This document shows, one piece after another, positions 12,681-23,945 of a stretch of DNA of 64,000 bases. This stretch comes from Neodothiora populina. Taxonomy: Eukaryota. Location of the stretch: the NCBI RefSeq assembly GCF_041146345.1, contig NW_027191414.1:1240001-1304000 (forward strand), read 5' to 3'. Position numbers and translations under genes: made by a program. The stretch's first letter is position 1; each line of letters starts with the position of its first letter. Under the pieces are notes generated by a model. It had not been told where the DNA came from. It saw only the letters and a program-made list of their open reading frames with translations, and searched no databases.

Positions 12681-14505
12681 TTAGTCCCAATCGCTGACGG
12701 ACTGTACACGGAAAAACTCAGACCCGCCGATTTGAGGGGGTTGAAATGGGAGGGCCGGGGCAGAAGCAGACATGGACGTATCGACGGCACTCGGGCGTCC
12801 CGATGGCGTATACATCTGTGGAGATGACTTTGTTGATTGCATGAGATGAGGCGACGATGCAGACGCGACTTCTTGGGGGGAGGCGAGCGGCCGCTCAAAG
12901 TGCTGTGACCAATTCTCAATCGGGGACGCTGGCATTTCATGACTGTGAGCTAGGTGTCCATTAGACATTTCATGACCGTGAGACAGGCGCCCATTAGACA
13001 GCTCAGAGGCTCCAGCGACAGCGGGTTCCTTTTGCCGAGGATCTAGCTCTTGCGACGAATCGTGCTGTGATTCGGCAGCGGATTCATCCCACCGGAAAAA
13101 TTCCCGTAAATTTTCGTCTAGTGGTCCAGGCCGGGATAGTAGTGAATGATGATATTTACGCCCATATCCTGGCTTGCATCGTTGTCTCCGGTGGTCCACC
13201 AAACGCTTAGCCAATTTCTTGAACTGATCTCGGTTCTCTCGGATATATACCGCTACCTTGTCCTCGATCGTTCTTAGGGTCATGTCCATACCGTTGACTA
13301 CGACGAACTCGTCCAGTTTCATGTCTTCGAGACCCCTCTCTACATTGAAACGGAAGTAGACGTCGTCGGTGAAGTTCTCCGCAACAGTCTTCATGCTGTT
13401 GTGGGTGGGCTCCGGGTCAGTCATTTGATTCAGGCTTTGCCTGACAAGACCTATGCCCCTTCTGATGCGATCGGCCCGGACGTTGAAGTGCCTTTCTGCG
13501 CGTTTGCCTGTCCCGATCGAGACGAGATGACGAATGCCACCACGAGTACTGCTACAATCTCCTGCGGGATTATGCTTGTGCATAACAGAAGCTTCATTCC
13601 AGGCCCAATTGGCAGGATTGTTCGCTTCGAGCCCACCATCCATGAAATAACCGCCATCGATGCGCATGGGACTGAAGTAAGTGGGTGCTGCACAGGTCGC
13701 ACGAGCAGCTTTCCATAACTCCGTGTCTAGTTGATGGGTCAAATTCAGGAGGCGTCCAAGATCTTCCCGTAAATTTGGCGACCTTGGATTGTGGTATGAG
13801 CGAAGCAGGTATAACTTTTGGTTCTCGGCTTGGCGGACGGCAAAGACACCTCTGCAAGACAATTATTAGTTGTGATTGGCAATGGAAGTATCGACGTTCT
13901 ACTCACACACGACATGGTATATAATGATTTGGCTGTTCGTCTGCCGGGTTTCGTAGTAGTGGAGAGTCTTCCTTCTTGGCATCCTTGCAGTGTTTGACCA
14001 CCATGTCCTGCATGAAGGCCTCGACCTTCTTGTAGTTGAACTTGTTGTATCTTAGGAACCACAATTTGCGTTTGTTGCCAAATATCTCTCGACCAAACTT
14101 CTTATATACTTCTATGCAGCCATCAACGCTCATTCGTAGGCGGCCAAGCATGATAGCAATGATTCTGGCTGTTGTCAGTGCATGTTTCTTGCTTTCACAC
14201 TCGTTGGCTTAGCACCTACCCTCCGGTACTCGTTCCGAACATGTAATCGAAATAGTGGCATGGTAGTGGCAATTGTTCGTCATCTGGGGAGCTTTGATGA
14301 TATGCCTCGTCGTATGCATATTCCAATTGGAGACACTCTTCCATGATGCTCTGCAAGATCAGTAAAGTGGCATATCCGCGGATACCACCACCATCTGCAC
14401 GGCTGTCAGCGATCGCATTCGCAGAAAGACTGAGGTTAGAGTACCGAGGCTCAGGACAGATTCCTTTCGACTAGGTCGACATGTACACGTAGATGCGCCT
14501 GCCAT
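12681..14505 (-). CDS. Patatin-like phospholipase (iPLA2 family), multi-exon
   Basis: LSL-DGGGIRG glycine loop, FDYMFGTSTGG nucleophile motif, MLGRLRMSV, AARATCAAPTYF, DGG.ANNP, LVSIGTG. Confidence 0.9.
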
Positions 14506-15271
14506 TGATTCGACTAGACACGAAAATTGTTCTGGAGGTAGACGTTGGTGACAGAGCGTACTTATGATATATCTCGACAGATACACTTACGCCTGATTGC
14601 TAACATGATGGGTGGGCAACCCACCGATTTGTATATTTTACCTACCCACGGTTGCTACTAGGAGCGGTATTTTGAAGGCACTCCAATCGACAATCTATTG
14701 GGTGCCTCAAAACTGCAGTACTTGTCGCAGCCTGGAAGCCTTAAGCAATATGCAGCTGCATAGCTGCATAGCCTGCTAGATCTGCTGCTGTTCGCTAATT
14801 CGACTAGTGGTATGTCGAGTCCAAGAATAGCAGGTTCGTGAATGTACAGGTATATGGCTGCGTTTTGGCCCCCAAATGTGAAGACTGCGCGCTGACTGCC
14901 CAGTCCTATCATAGGTGTGGCTTCGATATTGGGGGCGATGAATGTCGCACGAGGGCCCACATTTCCCAGCCCTGGTGTTTGTCACAGCCTCGAATGTGTC
15001 AACCCTGACGATGAAGCGTTTCCATATCAGGCTCAAGGCCAATAAGCTTGCATGAAGGGTGGCCTAATGCTTCGAGCTGCAGACGATGCTATACGCGGCT
15101 GTATAACGTCGGAAGACCCCTGTTGTTGAGCATATAAGTCCAGATCCTTCGTCAATTCTGATTCTTCATATATCTGTCTCTCATTATCTCTACTTTGTCA
15201 GAAACGTATTCGACCTTTCATTCTCCTTTCTAGATTTCATAAGATTTCTACTGAAGAATCATAATTGTACT

Positions 15272-17700
15272 ATGCATGAACATCTTCAGCATGCCACAAG
15301 GTCTTTCTCCTCAAGTAGCGTTGATGGCAATAGGCTGGTCCGAACAGCAGCCAGGACAGCAGAAGATGAACCAAGGGCTGTAGTCTGGGTCTACGATTAC
15401 AACAACAACACGACCAGACGGATGAAGGCAACGGAAGTCCTCAAGTTTGGTGAGTCGAGCACGGACATACCTGATTGGGACAAGTCGCTCACGTGAAGGA
15501 ATTGTAGACCATCAAAACAATCTCACACAAGTCCCGATACCTCTAAAGCCTGGCAGAGTACCCATTGGAGCCGAGGACGACGTGTGTAGAGAAACAGGCA
15601 GCGTAGTCGCGCGTGTCCATATAAGCATGGGTCTGCGGCTGCAAAGGTGGCTTGGACTCCAAAAGCGATTATATATCATTGACGCTATCTCGCCTGCAGC
15701 GCTTGGTAGCTGATTGAACACAAGTCAATGGATAGCATGTTGAATATCTAGTATTGGACAGGCTGACCGGTGTTCTGATCAAGTCGGCAGCCGCAGCGTG
15801 GACTGTGAAGGTACGACGAGTCGATACGGAGATGGCAAAGACAAATGGACACGACGATATGGCGAGAGGAACGAAGGAGACGCCCGGAGGAAACAGACAC
15901 CGAGTGGCTTCCGTTAGATCTTGGGAGTTTATTCCATGTATCAGACTTGGCAACGAATGCGAATATACTGTCAGATACGCGTGCCATTTTGGAAGTGGAT
16001 CGATACCTCTCCATAGTTGACACTTTCCGCGAAGAGTTCATTTGAGCTCCTTGAGGTTCGTTTCCGAGACTCGACATGCTAGATTGAGTTTCTCGTACGG
16101 CGTTACTCGTGGCGTGAAGGTCTCAGAGACCGTTCATCTGGCTCATCTGGACCCTCGGACCCTCGTACCCATGAGGATCGTGTTCAGTAGATGGTATATG
16201 GCTGCGCTGGTAAAGTAACGCTTATGCGGTCCGATCGTCTAAATCTCTCGACCTCTTTCAGATCGGTCGTTAAGCAGAGTTGGACAACAAGAGCGATAAG
16301 CCCATTGACAAAACTCTATCCGCACTTCCTACGAACGCCGCTTCGTGTCTAGACGATGTGATCAGTGATCAAGCAGTGGCCTGTTCACTTTACTTTGTCT
16401 GGTTGCGCCAGCCGGAGACAACATAATAATCTTCGTCGATGGATGTTGGCATGGTAAGTAAACTTTCCCAAGCACAAATCTCCTCGTGGAACGAATCTCG
16501 GCCATATGAATGTTGCGATCAAAGGATCCACAGCATCGAGTTCATCTGAAGTTCAAAGGCTCTTCTAAGGCGTGAGGGGCACATCTGATCACATTGCCGG
16601 TCCGACGATATGCTGTGGGTACTGGTCTCGGAGCAACATTGAGTTCGAACCGAGTCCGCCGAACTACGATGACCGTTTCCACTGACTCGGCCTCGCAACT
16701 CTAAATGGAGCCATTGTGGTCGTGATAGAACATGCTTTAACCAAGCCCTTCCTACGATTTAGCTCCTAGTATCGAAGCTCCATAATTGCGGCCCAGACCA
16801 ACAACCTACATCGTAAAATTGCTCTGTTGCACAAAGCTCAGACGGCGTGAATGAGTCTGACTAGAGGAGGTACACTGGTAAGGCCTCTAGGGCATGTCTA
16901 ACCGATAAATGTCATGGAACGGAAAAGACCTTGTCGTTACCCGTGTTGCAAAGCATTGCAAAGGGCTGTGGGAAGCCGACTTTTGAGTGAAGACCTTACA
17001 GATAAACCGCCCTGATACTTCAACATACTACCTTAGTCTAGGATGTGTCGAATCATGCGGGAAGACATGCTCAATTGAATGTTAGGGAACAGGCCGGGGT
17101 TTTCACAAATATTGCAGTCTTTACCGATAAAGCTGGAGATCCCACAGTGATGTGTCCGATCCGATAAACGGATAATGCATGCAGACCTCGAAGAGACAGT
17201 CCTTGATGTGGACATAACTCCGAGATCCAAGCCGATCTCTACCTGCGTCATGTTCAGGGGGATCTCAACAATGTGGAGAAGGGCATCTTAGATTATTTCG
17301 AGGTTTGTAGCTCAGGCACGTATTCGGCATTATTTGTATTGATCGTCCGGGTTTCCGGCATCTACACGAGGTCCTCATGCAGTGCCTCCACACTTATCGA
17401 GCTGTTGCTTTGTCTGGATGAAGACTACAACCCCGCCCGTTCAGCAATGTCTCAGCTTTGTTATGAAGCATACCTTGTTAGGATGTGGTAGGCAGGCTTA
17501 GTTATGGGTGGCTGAGATCTAGCACAAACAGAGCACCTTGGGAACTTATCATGATATGTCTGGTTCTATGGATCGCATGAATCCATCGCGGAGTATGCGA
17601 TGACCGGTTACGCGCATGGGTGATACGTGCGAGCAGATGGCTTGGCATTGGAAACCGACAGTCTGGCCCAGAGACGTTGGAGGAATCCAAGACACTGACT
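15272..17700 (+). pseudogene. Possible decayed protein-coding gene, weak resemblance to fungal CorA-like proteins
   Basis: Protein-like fragments in shifting frames broken by stops: VVWVYDY, KRLYIIDAISPAALG, WLPLDLGSLFHVSD, LLLCLDEDYNPARS, WELIMICLVLWIA. Boundaries are approximate. Confidence 0.3.
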
Positions 17701-19086
17701 CACATTCCGGCGCCGGAGTGGACGCACCTTAGCGAGGGGTCCAATAAACCAGGGACGTCGCGATTATGGCAATGTGCGGGTCCATGACATGCTATGTTGT
17801 CCAGCAGAAGACCAGAGCTGTGTTGTCGACATGATGCTATCGTCTCCCCCACTGGACGTTGACGGCTTTGGTCGCGTGGTATGCTATAACGCGTGAATGC
17901 TGGCGGAGCATACAGAGATTGACTGCACACAACCCCACAACTACGATTGTACCGAGTGGATCGCATTGACTGTGATCTGCGCTGTAGTCGATCATCGGGT
18001 GATCACTCGGGACCAATACGAAAGGTCGCGAAAATGCATGCTCGGACCGGCGGTCTTTGGAACTACTGTACATTCAAAATTGGTTTTTGCCATCGAGGTT
18101 ACCTCGCGGGCCGCCAGTGACTGAAGCTGCCAGCACTGTGTAAGGTAGCGACCACCACGGCCCTGGACTCGACTGAGATCATTCCATTGTGAAGTTTTCC
18201 ATGCGGATCGTACCATCATCGTCTTAGCCAAAAGCCCAAATTAGAATTAGTCTGCAAGCACACCTAAGAACAGACGCTCGGCCCTACGGGCACGGTGCCT
18301 TGCATATCATGGGCGCCGCGGTGCTGGGAGATCACCGTGACAAAAGATCCGTGCGCAGATGGCTTGGCGCTTCAACGTTCTCTACATGCCCAGTTATGAC
18401 AGCAACGTCTTTCCTCGGCTGCAGAATGATTGTTCTGCGTCAGCTCTTCGCTCAGCCTGAACAGCCGTCGTAACGGTCTAGCAACGACGTCGTTTGTCTC
18501 ACAGCCACGTGAGAAACACGAGTGCCGGTTGAGATCGAGTGTCGTTTTCCTTCTCTCCATCACCTTGCAACGGCGCTCAACGTCACCCGAGGGATACCAT
18601 CAGCAGGAAGAGGCTGGTTGAATGGATACCTTTGCTTGCAATCTCGATTTAGTTTTCCAAAACTTTACCACTCCGCCGTTTCGTGGCACCTGCTGTCATT
18701 TGGTGGTGGGTCGTGTCTCACACTCTCGTTGACCATCCGCCTAGGACCCTCCCATACCGGCTTCGGCAAGCCTAAAATTCAATGCACTGTGCACTTGTGA
18801 TGTGGAGAGAGATACAGTTGCGCCACGACTCCCAATCCATGTAGCCAGAAGCAGTTGTAAGAAGAGGCATAGCGATTGAAAGATGAGTTCATATGTTTGT
18901 GTGAAATATATATATCTCGAACAGTGCCACCTCAAAATCCATTTTCTCATCAGCGTCAGCAAGATAAACAATCATTCTTTGCATTCCTCTCTCTAGAGTA
19001 CCCACATTCACTTCTGCTTGACATACACTCATTTTTTATATCTACACCACCTTCTTTACTATCTTCATCTTTTCAAGGATCAAGAC

Positions 19087-20577
19087 ATGCGTACTTCCAA
19101 CAACATCCTCGCAGCCGCTGCGTTGGCGGGCTTGGCTGCTGCCTCTCCAGCCCCTCAGCAGCTCGACTTCAATGCCATTGCGGCCGCTCCTACTCTTGCT
19201 TCGGGCCCATCAGCCAATGGTGTTGTCATCCAGACAGCCACCTTCATCAGCACCGTCTCGGTTGCCACTACCGCTACTGCCAGCATCACTGGCTCCGCGA
19301 CTGCCGCTGCCGCTACCGGCACTGGTCTAGCCAAGCGTTCCCTCCAGGAACGTAATCTCTATTGCAACAACAACAACATTTGGTGTACTTGGTTCGGATG
19401 GGGCTGTTGCCCCGTCCCTAGCTCCACCCCGGCTAAGACCACCAGCGTTTCCAGCGCTGCCAGTAAGACCAGCTCCAGCTCCTCCAGCATTGCTACCTCC
19501 TCTGCAGCCGCGGGAACCACTGGCTACACGCCTTACTACCCTGCTCTTGCCAGTGTCACAGCCTACACCACCGGTACCACCACCATCTCTTCTACATCCT
19601 CCTGCCCAACTACCCCAGAGGATGGTACTTACTGTGGTTTCCTCAACCCTCTCGACCCCTGTGGTCCCCAGCCTGATGGATACGGCCCTGTTCCTACTCC
19701 TGATACGGTCTCTGCCTTCCAGGCATACGCTCCTTTCCACTCCATGGCATCTGCTGCCCCTACCACCATCTCCGCTGCGTCCACTGCCGCTGTCTCTGGT
19801 ATTGTCACTGTCTACAACCAGACGTTCAAGGACCTGAACGCCGCATCCAGTGCACAGTCTTACCTTGGCCTCTTCACTCTCCAAACCTACGATGCCGCAC
19901 AGTGTGCTGCTTACTGCGACAGCACCGCTCTTTGCACAGCCTTCAACATCTTCATTGAGCGTGACCCGTCGGTCGCGCCTTCTACCCCTGACAACACGGC
20001 TCCCACTGTTTGGGGTAACAACTGCCCCAACCCTGCCTCCATGACCTCTTACAAGTGTACCCTTTGGGGATCAAACCTTGACGCTTCTTCTGCCACCAAC
20101 CAGGGTCAATGGCGCGAGCAGTTCCAGATTGTCATCACTGGCTCTAACGGTTATGATAAGACCAACGTCACCATTCCTGCCACCCCCACTGGCAGCAACA
20201 GCAACGGATCTGGCTGGAGCAAGGGTTCCAGCTGCGGCGGCAAGGCCATCAATGCTCCTCAGTACTGGATGGGCAGCAAGTTCTTCCCTGGTCCTTTCAA
20301 CGCTCAAGTCTGCGGCGACTACGCTTTCAAGCAAAACTCGATCAACAAGGCTCAGGCTGTATCCATGGGTCGTAACTTCTACACCCCTTGCAACATGGTC
20401 AACGCCTACTACCTCCACAAGAACGGCAAGCCTCACGGTACTTACTGTGCTCTTTACGACACTGATGTCGCCCTCAGCTGGGCCACCTACAATGGCGGTT
20501 TCTCTGGCAGTGACAGATTTGACTGCAAGCAGTCTTACAAGTTCACCCTTCAGAACGTCGACTCCGGAAAATGCTAA
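19087..20577 (+). CDS. Secreted Cys-rich protein with Ser/Thr-rich linker and PAN/apple-like modules
   Basis: Signal peptide MRTSNNILAAAALAGLAAA; dibasic KR site; YDAAQCAAYCDSTALCTAFNIFIERDP motif; intronless with strong C-ending codon bias. Confidence 0.8.
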   Translation: MRTSNNILAAAALAGLAAASPAPQQLDFNAIAAAPTLASGPSANGVVIQTATFISTVSVATTATASITGSATAAAATGTGLAKRSLQERNLYCNNNNIWCTWFGWGCCPVPSSTPAKTTSVSSAASKTSSSSSSIATSSAAAGTTGYTPYYPALASVTAYTTGTTTISSTSSCPTTPEDGTYCGFLNPLDPCGPQPDGYGPVPTPDTVSAFQAYAPFHSMASAAPTTISAASTAAVSGIVTVYNQTFKDLNAASSAQSYLGLFTLQTYDAAQCAAYCDSTALCTAFNIFIERDPSVAPSTPDNTAPTVWGNNCPNPASMTSYKCTLWGSNLDASSATNQGQWREQFQIVITGSNGYDKTNVTIPATPTGSNSNGSGWSKGSSCGGKAINAPQYWMGSKFFPGPFNAQVCGDYAFKQNSINKAQAVSMGRNFYTPCNMVNAYYLHKNGKPHGTYCALYDTDVALSWATYNGGFSGSDRFDCKQSYKFTLQNVDSGKC

Positions 20578-21700
20578 ACGCGTATTTCTGCAGGAGGAAA
20601 GCAGTACCATCATCGAATTGTAAATACTCTGCTTCGATGACAGATCAACGGGTCGGTTCGCGGTTCACTCTTTTGACAGCGTTTGTGGGATTTTGGGGGC
20701 GTACACTCGATGTTTAGAGGTTTATTTGCTTTCATTGGGATTGTTAATTCGAGCTGGTTAGACTTTTATAGCGATATGCAACCAAATACAATCATTTTCA
20801 TTCAGCACACATTCTTCGCAATTGCTTGAATGCGCGATCTATTGCTCACAAACCGTTAGTACCAACATCATAGACATATACATCACTTAAAGCTTTTTCG
20901 CGTATCAAATGATCATGCAAGCAGTCGAGCGCATCACGATCGCGATCACGATCACCTCGTTGTCGCAAAGATAACCAGAACAGATCACTTCGAGTCTTGA
21001 GACAGAATCAGGTCATCGCCAAGGCTCTCCTACCGCGTAAAGCAGCACACGCGGAACCTCTGCGACATCGAGCCAAAGAAAATCCGTGATGCGACCCTGT
21101 GATGACGGAGCTTATGCTGGAATGATGCAGACTCCGGAAGGGTCTCGAGCCGACACAGAGAGAGGCGCACGCGCCGGCGCCGCCGGCAAGGGAAAGAACA
21201 GGTCTGAAGCGGGTGTGGATCAAGGGAGAAGCAAAGGGAAAAGCAAACCATGTGGCTTTTCAGGCGGTCTCACTCAGGTTCAGGCGGGTGAGGAGTTGAT
21301 GTCTCAAACTCTACATTTTGAATCCAAAGCTTAATTTGCGTGGAGATGAGGTCGTTTGCTTTACTCGAGGTCGGATATACCGGATTCCTGCCAAGTCTGG
21401 TAGGGCTATAGCCGAGATCTCTCAGGTGGTGTTAGGAACCTATCAGAATTGGGCCATAAGTGTTGGCCTAAGAGAGGCAACTAATGTGATTGAAGATATT
21501 AAACATATGCTTGATTCTTGCGAAATGATGGGTATATAACATATGTTAAGCAGTTGAAAACAATGTACTTGAGCAATAACATGTACACGTTTAGAGTTTT
21601 AAAAAGTAATATTGGGACAAAGCCGCGTATCGAACAGCAACTTTTGTCTGACCACGACCTTCTCCTGCGATTGATGGTGTCCCCCGTAGCCACCCAGGCT

Positions 21701-22282
21701 CTAAGCGTACTCAAAAGCAGGCAGACCGGTGGATGGTGCAACTCTCCATTGGAATCCCAAACAGTGGTGGGAATTGTCGGTAGTCACGGCGGCAGCGTAT
21801 ACTTTGTATCCATTCTTTACACCTTCAACAGGGCAAGCAAGCCATTCTTGACCTTCAAACTGTAGGCGCAAACCCGCGTTGACAAGTGCGAAGCCAGAAG
21901 TAAGAGAGTGCCTGCCCTTACTGGCAGAGTGAGCAACAGTGAATCGGAGAGCGCCGGTACGGTCAACGTAGACCTCCTGACCGCCAGGGGCCATAACGTC
22001 CAGGGCAAGCTTGTCAACGCCGTTCTTGAAGATAGTGGTATTAGTCTTGCCTAGGCAAGTTGGGAGGGGGCAGTAGGTGGAGGTGCCATAGTTGTTGACA
22101 TAGAAGTATGTGCCGTTTGCATTGATAGTGCCATATTGGATAGGAGAGCCGGAACGAATTGTGATACCAGAAAATGTCTCGTTACCAAGGGTATATCCTA
22201 GAGCGGAAGGGTCCACAGGTGCAGGGGCTGCAAGAGCAGCGGGAAGGACGAGAGCCAAAGCGGAAATAATGCTGGTCATCAT
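21701..22282 (-). CDS. Small secreted cell-wall protein (PhiA/IgE-binding-protein-like)
   Basis: Signal peptide; IRSGSPIQYGTINANG, TYCP, PGGQEVYVD.TGALRFT.AHSA, WLACP motifs. Confidence 0.8.
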   Translation of the reverse strand: MMTSIISALALVLPAALAAPAPVDPSALGYTLGNETFSGITIRSGSPIQYGTINANGTYFYVNNYGTSTYCPLPTCLGKTNTTIFKNGVDKLALDVMAPGGQEVYVDRTGALRFTVAHSASKGRHSLTSGFALVNAGLRLQFEGQEWLACPVEGVKNGYKVYAAAVTTDNSHHCLGFQWRVAPSTGLPAFEYA

Positions 22283-23945
22283 CTTGATTGCTTGTTGAGA
22301 AAGGAGTGCTCGAAGAGGATGTAGGGAGTGTAAGTTGAATCAAGTTCAGATAGTTGGAATTTTTCAACGAAAGAATGACTGATGCAGTGAAGGAGATGGA
22401 TCGAAAAGATAGAGCCAGCCTACCTTAAATACATTGACTCCTCAGTGATTGTAGTAGTCTAGCCAGCCAGCACAGCACCTCCTTCACGTCCTGTTGGTCG
22501 TCGAATTGCAAACATCATGAAGATCAATAAAGTACTGAGAGATGACGGTGAGCATGGTGATCATGTCTGTACTATCGACTTAGGGACGGACTTCGTTCTG
22601 GGGCGTGGCACATAAGGTAATTGGGCAGAAGGAAGGACCGTCACATCTGGGTCAAATTCGGTCATATCATCAGCTGTAGGGCGCAGTATATCGATCACTT
22701 ATCCAACTTCCAGATGTAGAGTGCAACTTCATCGGGTTGATTGATAGCACACTTGTGATTTCGAATGGACATGTAGGCAGTTGACCACTTGCAAGATTTC
22801 GAATAAGTCAATAGCCACTACCTGGTCATTACCACATCGTACATGTCTAATGGAGATTCGTCCTTGCTCGATCGCTGTGAGTGCTTAGGACAAGCAGATG
22901 GGATTGAGGATGCAATTGTTGCGGCGTCTCAAACATGGTCTTTCGGCAGAACAAACAAGTCACCACCCTTAATAAGTGAGATACAATTGTGGGTGCTTGA
23001 ATCGTATGCTGGCTCCCGTTTAAGATAAGAGTGTCAAGAGAGCAAATTCAGAGATAGCCAGTGGACGGTCAGTGGTGTGTCCGGCATGAAAGCGCCAAGC
23101 CAGACCGATCGCTCCTCATAACAAGCTGATTAAGATCAGCCAGAGATCAATGACGAACTTTGCCTTTACGCCTCAGACTGAGCACATAAAAAATCCTTCG
23201 AAGTTCAAATATGCCGCCGAAATACCTGTAGATGACATCGTATCACTTGTGGTATACCTTATCTGCGATCTGCAGTGTAAAGATTGTACATATCACTGTG
23301 ACAGAAGGCAAGATCCTTCCGTGAACGGCTCGAAGCGCAAGCTATACCCTATGCTTTCATGGCCATGAAATCGTACTCATAAGTCAGCCTTACAGAGGCA
23401 GTCTAAGGTACCTTACTTTTCCTGCCCTCATTAATGTTATTCGTCGCCAATGTTATCCTGCAGTGAAAAGACACTCTCAAGGCAAGAGCTACTCAAGCCA
23501 CAATGAAGATTACATATGTGTTGAAGTGTTCATGTGTTCAGACATTGTTGGCGGAGATCAATTCTTTACCGGCATAACGGACTCGCGCCAGTAGTCAATT
23601 GTTCATCGTTCACATGGTAGCCTAGATCGTGGCAGCTTATCGTGCGGCCCGTAAGTGTACTACAGCATTTCTATTAAGCGGACCAACAATCTGCCCTGGA
23701 GAATCTATGTGCACGCGATGGATATCATGAAGGGAGTATTCATGCGCAAGGACAAAGCTGAGGCATCATCGACACCTCTCGTCTTGTGCGGTATCTAACA
23801 GTCGGACCGATTGCACTCAAGTTCAGAGAGAATCTAGAGGATCTTCAATTTGTTGCTAATGTGTATCCTTTCTAGCGAGTCAAGCCGTCTATAGCTATAG
23901 ACTAATATTCTGTAAGCCCATGTCGTTCTTGCCTTGGCCGTCTGG

